A stretch of 64,000 bases of DNA from Cystobasidiomycetes sp. EMM_F5 (Eukaryota), in contig JBPGPT010000041.1 of the NCBI GenBank assembly GCA_051047955.1, positions 1 to 64,000 on the forward strand. The letters run 5' to 3'. Shown here piece after piece: positions 1-13,133 of this stretch. The notes under the pieces were generated by a model. It was not told the DNA's origin. It saw nothing but the letters and a program-made list of their open reading frames with translations, and made no database searches. A program made the position numbers and the translations under genes. Every line of letters begins with the position of its first letter. Position 1 is the first letter of the stretch.

Positions 1-1589
1 TCCGTTTACAGATCAATGCACTTGTCTGTTTGGTACTCTGCAATCAGTATATTGACAGGACTTTGGACGATCCGAAGAATGCTATCGGAACGAGCAATAT
101 TTTCTACAGCGGTGCGAATACCAACCGCTGGAAGTCGTATGTGCTTGTGCTGATGCCGGCTTGCTGCGGTTCACAGCTGTCTTTGAGAGGTAGGCCGGAA
201 GGCGCTCAGTGAGTTCAGGCGGCGCTGATAGGCGCGACTGCTGTTTACCACAAAGAGGTCTGGCCGGGTTTACGATGCTCTTCGCCCTCACCTTTCTCGC
301 GTGGTCGTACGTCGACAGCAGACACGCGATGGCACGGCGAAAGCAGAGAAAGGCTGGTAACATCAGCTTTGCGCGCTTGCAAGGCAACCGTCTGTTCTAC
401 CCACATCGCATACCGACCGGGACTGCGCCTACCCCACCTCCTGCTGGCGATGTGGAAGCGCAAACTAAGTCACCGAAGCGGACGCAGCGGGGTCGTCGAG
501 CCTTCCTTGCGCTGTCTTCCATCTTTCTGGTGATGTGGGCGGTACCATCGTTGATGTAAAGCTCGTCGATATGCATTGCAAAGTTCACCTGCTGACGCAC
601 ACCTGCGCTGACATTGCAGTTTCTTCTGCCAAGGTTGGCTGTTCAAGTATGAAGACATTCGAACCGACTCCACTCAGCAGCAGCGACAAGGTGACACGTC
701 GCCGCGACGAATATGCACGCGAGACAGGCACACTGAGGGTTGCGAGCGGATTTATGCAATGGGCGTCAGTTCGTTCGTCCAATGTGCCTGGTTCATTTTG
801 TGCATCGGGGCTACGTCAATCTCACTATTGTCCAAGTGTAAGTTTCGACAGGATACGATCGTGCCATCGCTTCGTCTGACGTGATGTGTGCAGCACCTGA
901 GGCAGGTCTTGCATGGCAGAGTGTGCCAGTACGTCGGGGCCGCAGCCGTGAAGGTCGTCATGCTACGAATTCCAGTAGGTCGCTCCGGTGAGCATCTGGA
1001 ATGTATGTATGAGGCTCATGCGCGTTCTGCAGACTCGGACACTCCGCCAAACGGAAACGGGAACACTGCTGGTAGCAGTCCACCTACTGCGCCAACTGCA
1101 GGCGCAACTGCTGGAGCGACTGGCCCAGTGACTCCTCATGCGGGAGCAGCAGCTCCCGATGCACCTGCTCCCGCTGTACCTGCTCCCGATGCACCTGCTG
1201 CTGCACCTGCTGCACCTAATACTACTACTCAGGCTCCTCCTGCTGCATCTAATACTACTACTCAGGCTCCTCCTGCTGCACCTGCGAATCCCGTAGTTTC
1301 GGGCGGTGGGCCCTCTCCAGGCAATACCAACAGAAATGCAGCTGGCAGGGGTCAGGTTCCAGCGACTCTGAGGGGCCCGGTCAGTGGGATGTATTATGGC
1401 CCTGACGCTTATTATGGTCCGTATTCGCGAAATAGCAATTACTATGACAGACGTGATAGTCGCGGGCGGAGTCTTGGCAACCGAGGCGGTTGGCAGCAAC
1501 AGGGTGCCGGACCTAGCTACTGGGCGCGAACCCCATCGCGCCCAGGTGCACAATACATGAACAGTCGATCTCGCGAACGAAGCCCGTAG
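1..1589 (+). CDS. 4-TM membrane protein of unknown family, paralogue 1 (5' end outside the window); Pro/Ala/Gly-rich disordered tail
   Basis: Spliced exons give INALVCLVLCNQYIDRTLDD...FYSAVFERGLAGFTMLFALTFLAWSYVDSRH...LSSIFLVMWAVPSLIFFCQGW...GVSSFVQCAWFILC. Bases 1-840 are near-identical to 2344-3180. The tail ORF ends at TAG 1589. Confidence 0.75.
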
Positions 1590-2192
1590 TGCAGACTAGA
1601 CAGACTCACCTCAATTTGGCCACGGCTAGCAGCCTTCAAGGTACTGACTGATTAGCCGTCCTATTTTCTGGACTTTTCGTTGGAGGCTCTGCTTCGCGTT
1701 GCGGGGTGTTGATAAGCGACTTTTGCTGAATATTGCTGAATAATATTGATAGCATGAACAATCCTCGAGGTTGCACTTATTTAGTAACTTGCTATTTGCT
1801 GAGTTGAATTGCGGGACCGACGTTTCAAGATTGGGCAAGGCTCCGCCTGTCGGAAATTTGGCTAGTATCGTACATTATCAGCTCGGTGACATTAGGACAT
1901 CTGGTACTGCCCTCAATTGCCACCCGATCTGACGATGTTTCGCTTGCTGGACTAAATTCAATATTCAAATATAGAAGGGCGTTGACTGTCTTTCCTCGCC
2001 AGCTGTTCAACTCTCAAAATTCATGTGAGCGAGGTTTTCACAGCTGGGTTCGGCAGTCTCGCACTCTATTCCAAATTTCTCACACTTGCGCTTTACAGAG
2101 TCAAAGACGCTTGACAAAAAGGCACTGCCCCGCTTGCACCCATACAATCTTCTATGACTGCCGCAGTACAGTATGCCCTTACTCCACACAGT

Positions 2193-3917
2193 ATGGTGAG
2201 GTCACACCTTGCGTTGAATCTGCATAAGCTGAGTATAAGGCAGGGCTTGATAGCAGATAGCTCCGTGGTCGTATGGTTTGCGTCATTCGCTATCTCAGTC
2301 AGCTATACTCGGCTTTTCATGCCGTAAGCATGTGCACTAACTGTCCGTTTACAGATCAATGCACTTGTCTGTTTGGTACTCTGCAATCAGTATATTGACA
2401 GGACTTTGGACGATCCGAAGAATGCTATCGGAACGAGCAATATCTTTTACAGCGGTGCGAATACCAACCGCTGGAAGTCGTATGTGCTTGTGCTGATGCC
2501 GGCTTGCTGCGATTCACAGCTGTCTTTGAGAGGTAGGCCGGAATGCGCGTAGTGATGTTGGGGCGGCGCTGATAGGCGCGACTGCTGTTTACCACAAAGA
2601 GGTCTGGCCGGATTTACAATGCTCTTCGCCCTTACCTTTCTCGCGTGGTCATACGTCGACAGCAGACACGCGATGGCACGGAGAAAGCAGAGAAAGGTCG
2701 GTAACATCAGCTTTGCGCGCTTGCAAGGCAATCGTCTGTTCTATCCGCATCGCATACCGGGCGGGACTGCGCCTACCCCACCTCCTGCTGGCGATGTGGA
2801 AGCGCAGACCAAGGCACTGAAGCGGACGCAGCGGGGACGTCGAGCCTTTCTTGCGCTGTCTTCCATCTTTTTGGTAATGTGGGCGGTACCATCGTTGATG
2901 TAAAGCTCATCGATATGAATTGCAACGTCCACTCCTAACGCACACCTGCGCTAACATTGCAGTTTCTTTTGCCAAGGTTGGCTGTTCAAGTATGAAGACA
3001 TTCGAACCGACTCCACTCAGCAGCAGCGACAGGGTGACACTTCGCCGCGCCGAATATGTACACGAGACAGGCACACTGAGGGTTGCGAGCGGATCTATGC
3101 GATGGGCGTCAGTTCGTTCGTCCAATGTGCCTGGCTCATTTTGTGCATCGCGGCTACGTTAATCTCACTATTGTCCAAGTGTAGGTGTATCGAGGCTGTA
3201 CTCTCGAGACGGTACATTGACAGTGTGTCTCATTCGTCTTATTTAGCGCCAGAGACAGGCCTAGCTTGGCAAAGAATTCCTGTTAATCGAAATCGCAGCG
3301 GAGGTCCTGGTTCTGGTCGCGCGGGCAATTCAACCGGTAGCCAGAGTGCCAATCCCAGACCAGGTTCCAGCGCTCGTCCAAACGCTGGAGGCTCACAGAG
3401 CAAGTTCTCCAAGCATCAGTTCATTCGAGACCGCTCTGACCTATCTTCTGTAGGAGCTGCCGCCTCCCCTGCACCGCGAAGAACCTCGCCTGTTGTTGTT
3501 CAAACAGTGCCTGCACAGGATAATCCTTCTGCTGGTCAAGCACAAACAGGCGAGCAGCCTGCGCGTACAGTGACTGGCGGTGTCCCACCGGTGCCACCCG
3601 ATAGCCAACAAGTACCTCTAGCCACTGGTGCGATTGTGAGTAGCCTCATCACTCTGCATTGAGCCGCGCCGCAGTCTCATCTCCGTTCATCTCAGCCTAC
3701 TGCCCAAGCACCCGATGCTTCGGGCGGCGCTCCAGCGGAGTTTATCCCAGGTGGCCTAGGTATAGGCAGAGGTCGAGGCAGGGATGGTACGGACAGGGGT
3801 AGAGGTAGAGGAGCTGGTCCTGGTCCTGGTCCTGGTCCTGGTCTCGGTCCTGGCCGTGGTCCCCCACAATGGCCCAATACTCGACAACGGTCTGCACCTG
3901 CGTCGGTAATCGGGTGA
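2193..3917 (+). CDS. 4-TM membrane protein, paralogue 2; RG/GP-rich tail
   Basis: ATG-only first exon (2193-2195), GT-AG intron, then GLIADSSVVVWFASFAIS; same core as paralogue 1; last exon PTAQAPDASGG...GRGRG...VIG*. Confidence 0.75.
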
Positions 3918-4078
3918 CAATACATACGGCGATAGTGTACGCGACATTGCTGCGCGTACTCTTGCGATAGGTTTCAGGGATGTCAGTAGTAAGGACGTGT
4001 GTCAACTTGGATCAGCGTTTTGAGGTGTGGACGTCTGTTAGTTATTGCAGGCCTTGACCGTGGCAATCGCACGCGTCA

Positions 4079-4680
4079 ATGGTGAGCTAGAGCGTCAGCG
4101 TCTACTGCAATTTGCTTGCATACGCCGCCCAGCGCCCAGCTCAAAGTCCGCTATCCATGTACTGATGGCCGAGTAACAGCTCATCTTCAGCGTCCTCAAG
4201 ACCCTGACTGGGCAGGAAGTCACGGTCGAGCTCAAGAATGACCTGGCGATATCGGGGACCCTGAAGAGCGTAGACCAGTGAGCGCGCTGACGGGCTGCTG
4301 CAGCTTTGGCAGTGCAGCTGAGCGCAAGCCTGGGGCTTCGTTTCGTCGTTTTATCCAGGTTTCTCAACTTGAAGCTCGACAATATCGCCGTCAAGCAGCC
4401 AGAACGGTACCCGCACCTGGCAAGTAGACAGCGCATCAAGAGAGCGTCGTTGCTCGCGACATCTTACCGCCGTTCCGCAGATTGCCGTCAAGAACATGTT
4501 TATACGAGGAAGCGTCGTGCGGTATGTGCAACTGCCAAAGGCCGCAGTCGACACCCAACTGCTGGAGGACGCTACTCGGAGAGGCAAGTGCTTCCATTAA
4601 CCCGCTTGGCTTGTAAGGAAACCGCTGACTGTTTGCCTGATTGTGACTTTGCAGAGGCAGCAAACCAAAATAAACGATAG
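4079..4680 (+). CDS. LSM2: U6 snRNA-associated Sm-like protein LSm2
   Basis: Spliced product MLIFSVLKTLTGQEVTVELKNDLAISGTLKSVDQFLNLKLDNI...YPHLIAVKNMFIRGSVVRYVQLPKAAVDTQLLEDATRREAANQNKR; four introns, two of them GC-AG. Confidence 0.95.
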
Positions 4681-5116
4681 TCTATACGCGGCGCAGGCCA
4701 GGCTGCTCCTGTAATATGCTGAACGCGCAACATTGGGACGCTTTCAATAGTCAAGCTGCTCTGATTCAGCTCTACGCGCCAATTCACCGCCCAGACAGTA
4801 TTGACGGGCGTCGTGTGGCTCGCTTAGGCACAATCTGCATCAAGGCAGCATCCATGGAGCGTTATGTGAAGTCCCGCAGCGGAACTTTGGTACATTTGCA
4901 CGCCTTGCGTGGTGACCGGAAGCTCAGAGACATGGCTCGAAGTGATATGTACTAACGACGCATCGCCGCAACTGCCTGACTGACACATTTTGACTGTCTG
5001 ACACAAGCAGCAGCCTAGCTTCAGATCCGCCCCATTCCGCCGCCCAATATTCTCTAATACTTGTCCAGCGTCTTGCCAGCTCTTTCTAAAATTTGGCAGA
5101 TTCAGCAATACTCACC

Positions 5117-6696
5117 ATGGTAAGGATGACCATGGTGCTTGGCCGGCTCCAAGCTGATACACTTGATCCGATCATTGCAGGGTGCAATAGCTGATTCCGC
5201 CGTTCTCGTATGGTTTCTGTTCGTTGCGACGTTGGTGCGTCAGCGCGATGATTCTCTCGTATTGCTTCTCAGCGCTGACTTTCTCTTGATACGCGGATGG
5301 ATCTAGGCAAACAGTATTGCAAGCCTAGTCTACAGCAGCCACTACATTGATGAAACTGTAGACGGAGCTCGCCTGGGAACGTCAAATATGTTCTACTCCA
5401 CAGTATTCATACGGTAAACATGTTTGGCGGAAGATGCATGCGACAGGAGGCTAACGGAGCAATGTCTCGTGTTATTGTATCAGAGGGCTCGCCGGCTTCA
5501 CCGGAATTGCGGCGCTATCGTACCTATTGTTAGTCTGGGTAGACTCGCGACATCGAATGGCCAAACGCAAGCAGCAAAAAGTCTTGACCTTCAGCTTCAA
5601 GCGATTACAGAACAGTCGTATACACAACTACACTAATACAGACTCTTCGAATGCGGCCGTCGCTAGTCCCGACCCAGGCACTGCCACCAGTACTGCATCC
5701 ACTACCTCTGAATCAGCCGCGAGAGCCCACAAAGCATGGCTGAAGAAAAGTCAAAAAGGTCGGCGAATCTTACTCGTCTTCACCTCAATTTTCCTCATCT
5801 TGTGGATTGTGCCATCTGTGTTGTTATACGCGCAAGGGTGGTCCTTCCGCTTCCAGCCCTCATCAACGCAAAGCGCCCCTACCGCAGATACCACAAAGCC
5901 GCAGTCGGCGTGCATTGCTTCACGACATAGCCAAGAGTGTCAACGCGTTGTGGAAGTGGGAGTCAGCGCGACTTTCCAATGCCTCTGGCTGCTTCTCATC
6001 ATTGCATCAACGCTGGTCACGCTTCTGATTCGTTGTAAGTTGCGGCAGAGAGCACTGCCTGGGTCATTATGAGCTTCTGACTTTATAAGCCGTACAGCAA
6101 AGGAGCCGGATCTGGAAGCAGGTGCGCGAGCCATGTTCGATCAAGAGAGACAAACTTCGCTGGCAGAGCGTGCCAACCTTCGGCGGCTACGTGCTGAAAA
6201 GCGCAACCGCGCCAGAAGGGACCGCTTTGGGACCGGACGACGTGACAATAACAGGCCCACAGATTACACGAGGCGAAGCCCGTCACCGGTCGTTCCTCGC
6301 ACTTCTGACCCTGCCAACCCTTCACAACCCGCACTGGATGCTATACGAGGGAACGCGATGACTGAAGAATTATCTGGCATGGGATTAGCGTTCGACGACT
6401 TGATGCCTCCGCCGCCACCCTCAGGAAATGCAGGCAGAAACGCTGGCGGTCCACCTCGTCCACCAGCACAGAGGAATCAAACAGCTCCAGTAACAATGGC
6501 AGCGAGTCCACGGCAGGAGCGTCAGCGGCCTGCGACTACCGGTGGGAGGGTCACCATCATAGAGGAGGAGCCAGGGCCGAGTAGTCGCCTTTCAAGATCA
6601 CCTCCAAGCTCTGAAGGCTCAGCAGGACGTCCATCCGGTGGCAGACGCGGTCGTGGGCGTGGGCGTGGAGGTCCACCATCCTTGCGAGGAGGGTGA
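5117..6696 (+). CDS. 4-TM membrane protein, paralogue 3; Arg/Pro-rich tail
   Basis: ATG|intron|GAIADSAVLVWFLFVATL...GTSNMFYSTVFIRGLAGFTGIAAL...VWVDSRHRMAKRKQQK...LWIVPSVLLYAQGW...GVSATFQCLW; tail ORF 6133-6696. Confidence 0.75.
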
Positions 6697-7136
6697 GCGA
6701 CCCGAGATAGGGCCAAAGTCATGTCGGCTGCAGGCGTTGCCTACTCCACTCGTGCATGGTGCCGAATCTTTCAATCTTGTGTCTTCGCACTTGCCACGCG
6801 ATGAAGACGCACGGCGTACCCACACCGAACGTCTGCAAGTCTTCGTAGCCACATCTTTCCGCAGCGGTAGGGCATATTCGACCTTGAACGCATAAACACA
6901 TGCATTCTGTTGCTGATATGTCTATATTATATAAATACCGCAATATGCGTGCAGCATATTCTCACGATCCGCACAGCCATGTGCCCCCGTTCCAGCATCG
7001 CGGACTTTTTCGTATGACAAGATGACAGTCATGGTGTGAGGTCCGTCCGGTGCTGCCCGGGACCCTGACTTGGTATTTATAAAACGCTTAAACTTCAGCT
7101 TCCATCCACAAATCGCGATTTGTACCAGCAGAGAAC

Positions 7137-8619
7137 ATGGTGTGTTCGTACGTCCTGATACGTCCTCTGCTGACTGATTGGTCCGCACATAGGGTAACGC
7201 CATCGCGGATTCGGCCGTCATATTATGGTTTCTATTTGTTGCCGCTTTTGTGAGTTCTTTTTACCTGCCCAGATCGAATCTGATGCAAAGATGTCACGAC
7301 AGGGCAATGCAATAGCTTGTATCGTCTATTCAAGCCGATATGTGGATGCCAGTATGGATGGCATAAGCCTTGGCACCCCAACCATGTTCTATTCCGCGGT
7401 CTATGTGCGGTATGGTTTTGAAGGTCTACCCGTATTACTCTCATACGCTGAAGTGGTCAATTCCAGAGGACTGGCTGCATTTACCGCCATCGCTGCTTTG
7501 TCCTATCTCATTTGGGTTTGGGCAGACGCTCGAAATATAAGTGCCAAGCGCAAGCAGAGGAAACTTCTTACGTTCAACATGAAACGTTTGCAGAACAGCC
7601 GACTTCATCACTATCGAGCTCCAGAAGAAGGTCAAGACGATCGCACGTATCTCAAGAAGAGTCGATCTAGACGGCGGATTGTGCTCGTGTTCGTTTCGAT
7701 CTTCCTGCTGATGTGGGTCGTGCCATCGGGCATACATTTTGCCCAAGGGGTAAGCACTTAGAGACGAAGCGGAGACGTCTTACATGCGCTGACACACTCG
7801 CAGTGGCAATGGAAGTATTCGACCACGGACGCACAGGAAAAGCCAAAGACCTTCGAGTCTGCGTGTTTATACGACCGCAGGTCCTCCGAGTGCCAGCAGG
7901 TAGTCGAGACGGGCGTCAGCATGACTTTTCAGTGTCTCTGGCTGTTGCTTGCTGCCTTGGTGATCATCATATCACTCATGAGCCAATGTAAGTAACCCCC
8001 ATCCGGAAGACAGCGAGGCTTACAGTGTAAGATGTTTGCAGCGGTGGAACCTTATCCGGTAGATATCGAACGGCTAGGCTCCGGGACCGAAGTATGGGAG
8101 AATGGAAGTAGTTCGTCGTCTTCTGGTTCATCACCTCAGAGGAGAGGCCGATCTCCAGTCCGAAATTCCTCGCCTTTTCCCGGCAGAACAGCCGGCCGGG
8201 CGCAAAGATCTAGAAATCGTCCCGACGGTAAATCGAGGAGGTCTCGCATTGACCGTGACCGTAGATCGCCGAGCCGGAGTCGGCTGAACAATCACGGAAA
8301 CACTTTCGTTAGTCGCATACCCGTGTCTTCGAATCGGGTCAACAATGATGGTTTCGGTGGCCCCACAAACAGTGTCGGTGGCCCTGCAAAGGCCAATTTG
8401 CCGACGGGAAGCCTCAACAAGAATAAGAAGGATAGAAAGGACAAGAAAGTTAACTTTGGTACCGATGCGGGCGGCACGGGCGGAGTTGATACATTCGCCA
8501 GCGGTGGAGCCGGACCTGGCGATGGTGCCCAGAACAACCTGGGTCTGCCTTATCCGGAAGAAGATTTTGTGTTTGGCCCACCACCACCCCAACCCAACAC
8601 GGACAATCCTCGCCCGTAG
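7137..8619 (+). CDS. 4-TM membrane protein, paralogue 4; Ser/Arg/Gly-rich tail
   Basis: TATA-like TATTTATAAAA near 7074; ATG|intron|GNAIADSAVILWFLFVAAF...LGTPTMFYSAVYVRGLAAFTAIAALSYLIWVWADAR...LMWVVPSGIHFAQGW; tail ORF ends 8619. Confidence 0.75.
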
Positions 8620-8788
8620 GAGGCGACTGAGCCCGGGGGCACATTGCAGACGCGGGCGGCGCGAGCAAGGCCTCGCGATTTCCAATATCGAAAACGAAAT
8701 GCCCGCTCGTTCCGCTTCAATATGCATGACAGAATAGGCTACAGCGTTTTTCTTTCATATTCACACCAACGAGATTTACCTCTATCTG

Positions 8789-11700
8789 TTACTTGAACAG
8801 TTTACCGATCTTATTGCTGAAGCGATGACGAGTAGGGCTGGGTGCAGCTGCACCACCGGCCTTTGGCTCGATGTGAAATTTGGGCGCAAGCACAGGCTCG
8901 AGCTGGGTCAGGTGTGAAGACTGCTTCGGCGTGTCATCCAAGGCGAGTTCGGGCGAAGCCGCGGGAGGCTTTGCTGATGGGTCGGATTTTGAGTGACGAT
9001 GCCGCACTGATCGCGGAATCGAAAGGTTGGACGCCGGCTTATACAGATGAATATACGATCTTGGCTCGCTGACTAAGGAGGAATTGGCGCTGTCGTTGGG
9101 TTCGCTGCCCGCAACAACGTGGTAGGAGGTCGAAGGTATACGATCCTTCTCCGACGACGAGCGCGGCGACTTGCCTGAAGGCGAGGTAGAGGGTAATCTT
9201 TTATGCGAACGAGTGGCAGACAAGTCTGACCCCGCTCCTGGTGGCGCAAGTAAGGAGTTGTTGATGGATATCGTTGAGGCCTTGCTGTTTAAGGCCGCCT
9301 CTCGACTGTTGGTTTTGGTTAATGCACTTATTGGAGCCTGAGGTTCACTGTACGTCCTGCTAGGCGTATTTGCATCCGTAATGGCGGCTGTGAAATGGAA
9401 GCGGTGGAGAAAGTTAGACATTCGCACGTTGCACAGTCAAGCTCACTCACATTGCGGAACAATTCTGACCCCAGACACCGACACCGTTGAAGCCCCTGAC
9501 GCATTTCGTGGCACAGTTGAGCCAGCCGGTCGAGCGAGAGGTGCTTCGAAAGGCGAGACCATCTTGTGCGTCCACATTCTCTGCTGTTGTTGCTGCACAG
9601 CTGTTCTAGCCTCAGCATCGCTAATACGTTGTCCTTGATTTATTGGCGCCTGCTTGCGTGTTTCTTTACCAAGTATCTCCCAGCTATATTTTGGCATCGC
9701 CGGAGTATCAGAGATTGTCATTGTAAGTGGCTGATCTAAGGAATGTCGATTTCTGGCTGCATTTTCGAATTGCCGCTCTATCGACAGAGATTCGGCATAC
9801 GCAGCTAGTTGTTCAGACAGGGTTTCTTGACGATGTCCAAGCGGCTGAGTGTGAGAGTCGCCAGAATCGAAGTCTAGTAAGTCTTGCTCGCGCTTGCGCA
9901 CTAGATCTTGCACCTCGGCGTGTGTCACGGATCTGGTTCCGGATTCTGAAGGAGTAGCAGAGGACGAAGCGGTGTTTGACGTCAAGGTGTGCGGAGGCGA
10001 GGAAATCAGACTTGTTGCTGTGGTGGATTGCGAAGTTTGATACGCCAACGATGATACTGAGGCTAAACCGCAGAAGTCAGCACGCCTATACTACTGCAAG
10101 ACCTGTGCTTAGATGGGTCCTGAAACACACGAAGCTTACCAGGCGAAGATGAATACTCCAAGTAGCGGTGAAGGAGCCCAGCCCCTTCGCCCGTCGACCC
10201 ACTCCTGCTTGTGCGTGTGTCTGTGCCTATGGAACCGCTCCTGTAGGGACGACTAGCTGCAGACCAGCTCGCTTCCCCATCGAACGTTTGCGGAGTATTG
10301 TGCGGAGATAAGTTTGCGTTATATAGTGATAGCGTAGGAGACGTATACGTATTGACCAGACTAGCAAGCGGCGTTGTGTTCAGGCTTGAGCCTGTGCTGT
10401 CTACACGCGCTCGGCTACCAGTAGGTGAGCGCATCGGGAACGGACGTGCTTGATCCGTCGGAAAGGCGTCTCGGTTCTCATGGGCCGTCTCGGCGTCCAG
10501 CTCTTCCCCATCCATGTCGAGCGAGCGTGTGTCATTGTTTCCCGTAACAGCTTGATGTGTAGAGCTGCGCTTCCTAGTAGGTTCACGCTGGCCAGATGCC
10601 GGGCTACCTAACATCGGAGACGCCCGATCTTTCGGTGTACCGTTCCCATCACTGGCTGATCTGAAGTGACGATTGATTCCCTGCACTGTAATGGACGCCG
10701 GATCTTTGCTTTCTGCCGCCGAAGTGTCGCGTAATGGCGTTGTAACAGCACTGCGTTGGGATCGATATGCAGTTGATTCAATAACAGTAGGACGGCGAAT
10801 GACCACTGCAGGGCCTGCCAGTGGAACCGCGTCGTCATTCTCATCAACGGGAAAGTCATGCAGAGCCCGACTGGGCATTGACGCTACGTTGCGTACAGCT
10901 ACATCTGCACTCTCGCGCTCTCCATCGGAAGCATTGCTGGCAGCCGCTGAAAGGTGACTTGATTTCCGAGGCCTATAAAAGGTCGTACGACCTATCGCAT
11001 TTCCGCTATGGTGTGCTGCCGTGATTGCAGCTTTTGAAAAGAATGGTTGTGTGGAAGGCGACGGAGGTGGTGCAATAGGAGCAGGAATGACAATGTTTCC
11101 AGTTCCGCTACCGCTCGATTGTGATGCAGTCGGGCTCAGCCGAGGCCGCGGAAGAGAGCTTCCCACACTGTTTACAGCAGCATGTTCTGGTAGGAAGAAG
11201 CCTGTCTGGGTTGGCGGTGCTGTGACAGGATAGCCATAGCTGGACGAGGTATAGCTCGGCATACCTCCACCATGCATGTATGATGCAAGGCTGCCCCGCG
11301 CGCTGTAGCTTCTGCCACTACCCGTTGTCGCGGCACTTGAGCCACTGCCAGCACGACTTCGACCGGGCTGTAGGCTTTCCAAGCTGCCCTGTCCGACAGA
11401 TGCACTACCCCCGACCGAGCTGCCACTGTGCTGCCCTTCGCTGTGATACTGCTGATGTGAGCGATAGTGTCCGTAAGGGGGCAGATGAGTCAGGTACGTC
11501 TCGTCACCGGAACTAACATCTCGGTCTCTGTCCCGATCTGCACGCAGGAAAGCTTCTCTGTCCGCAGTCTCGAGCTCGTCATCTCCCGTAAAGAAGGACG
11601 AAGCGGCTGGAGATAGAGGCTGGCTCGTCGGCTCGCTTCCGTTCCTGTCGCGGGAGCTACTGGAACGAAAGACGCTCGACAAACTTGTCCGACTTGATGA

Positions 11701-13133
11701 GCGTTTTGCCTTTCCAAAATGGTATGGATCGTTGACTTTTGAGCTATTTCCTCCAATATGAGGACGACTCAGTCCAAACGAACTGCTCGTGGGTGTCATC
11801 CCGAGCGCTGTACGGATGTTTGGCAACGGATTAGTCGCTTTTTCAAAGACGGAGGGTAACGAAGGCCGTCTGCCCTTTTCCAAGTTGACGATGTGGTGTT
11901 GGCGGTGTGGCGATATAGGAGAAGTGGTTTGTCGAAGCATGTTGGACGAAGATGACTGGGATGTTATGGGGCTCAAGGCCTTGAGTGGGTTCTGACGCAA
12001 AGTCAGAGGTGGAGGGGCGGGGAATGATCGAGAGATATTTGCTGCTGCAGAGTACGGTGCGCTAATTGTGGCCTTGGCAAGCTTCTTGCCCTTGTTTGAT
12101 AAGCTGTCCAAGCTGGGCTTTCCAAGAAGCCTTCGTGTAGCATGGCCTATAGCTGTCGCTTCGGCTATAGGTGTCCCAGCTGCAGTGATGGGTGACAGGG
12201 TGCCGCTGCCACCTCGTAAGGAACGAGTCGGGCTTCCCGTTGTCCGGATTGACCGAACGGATGGCGTTATGCTGATATTGTCGCTGTCCATCCGCGCAGA
12301 TGTACCTAGTGCAGATGTCGAAGCGTGTGCGGAAGCTTGTGCTTGATCTGGCGGCTGCTTCCACAGTTTCAAGACGGTAAGTACGTTGATTTGGCCATGC
12401 TCCCTCGCGACGTCCTCGGCCGTCAGGCCATGCTTCTCTGTGGCATCGGGATTTGCTCCGCACGAAAGAAGCAAAGTAGCCACATTGGCGTGCCCGTTAG
12501 CTGCAGCAAAGTGTAGCGCCGTCGATCCTGTTTCTCCGATGCTATTGACAGCTTTCGACTTGTCGGTTGTATATTTGCGCGGCAGTCTGCGTGGAATACG
12601 TGAGTCCGACAGAACACCTCGACATTGTCGACAGTTTGCTGACCTGGCTGCGTTGACATCGGCGCCCGCATCGATGAGCATCTGTACAACGTGCTCGTTG
12701 CCCGCTGCGGCTGCGACGTGTATTGGCAGCACGCCATTGAGGACGCTGTTGACAGGCTGCCCCTGCATGAGTGCATATTTGACGAGGCCTGTTATACAAT
12801 TGCATCGAAATACCCCGTCAGCCCACCGTCCGAGCGCTTCGATGAGAACAGCTTTTCCAGCCGGAATGAACATACCGACATTGCCATTAGCAGCAGCGGA
12901 GTGGAGCTGCAGATCGAGGCTGAATGTATCATTATTTCGTTGGATATCAGCGAATGACGGATCAACGGGATGTGTTTGCCGGATACGGCGCAGCGGTGGA
13001 CCGCCAAACAAGAGGGAGAGTGGGAATACAATGCTCAGCCATTATCTTCACATATGTGCAAGTAATGCACGCACTAGTCTGACGTTACGCCGTATTTCGC
13101 TTGAGCTTTCTGGGCGGCTCTGCTTGGAGCCAT
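8789..13133 (-). CDS. N-terminal ankyrin-repeat protein with a long Ser-rich disordered C-terminus
   Basis: MAPSRAAQKAQAKYGVTSDY|LDLQLHSAAANGNVGLVKYAL...LPIHVAAAAGNEHVVQMLIDAGADVN...GSTALHFAAANGHANVATLLLSCGANPD (ankyrin consensus); continues through ORFs 9443-10048 and 8789-9427. Confidence 0.8.

Noticed and set aside
1150..1285. Short tandem repeats (CRISPR-like or satellite)
   Set aside because: In-frame coding repeats (APDAPA, NTTTQAPPAA) in a disordered protein tail, with no spacers.
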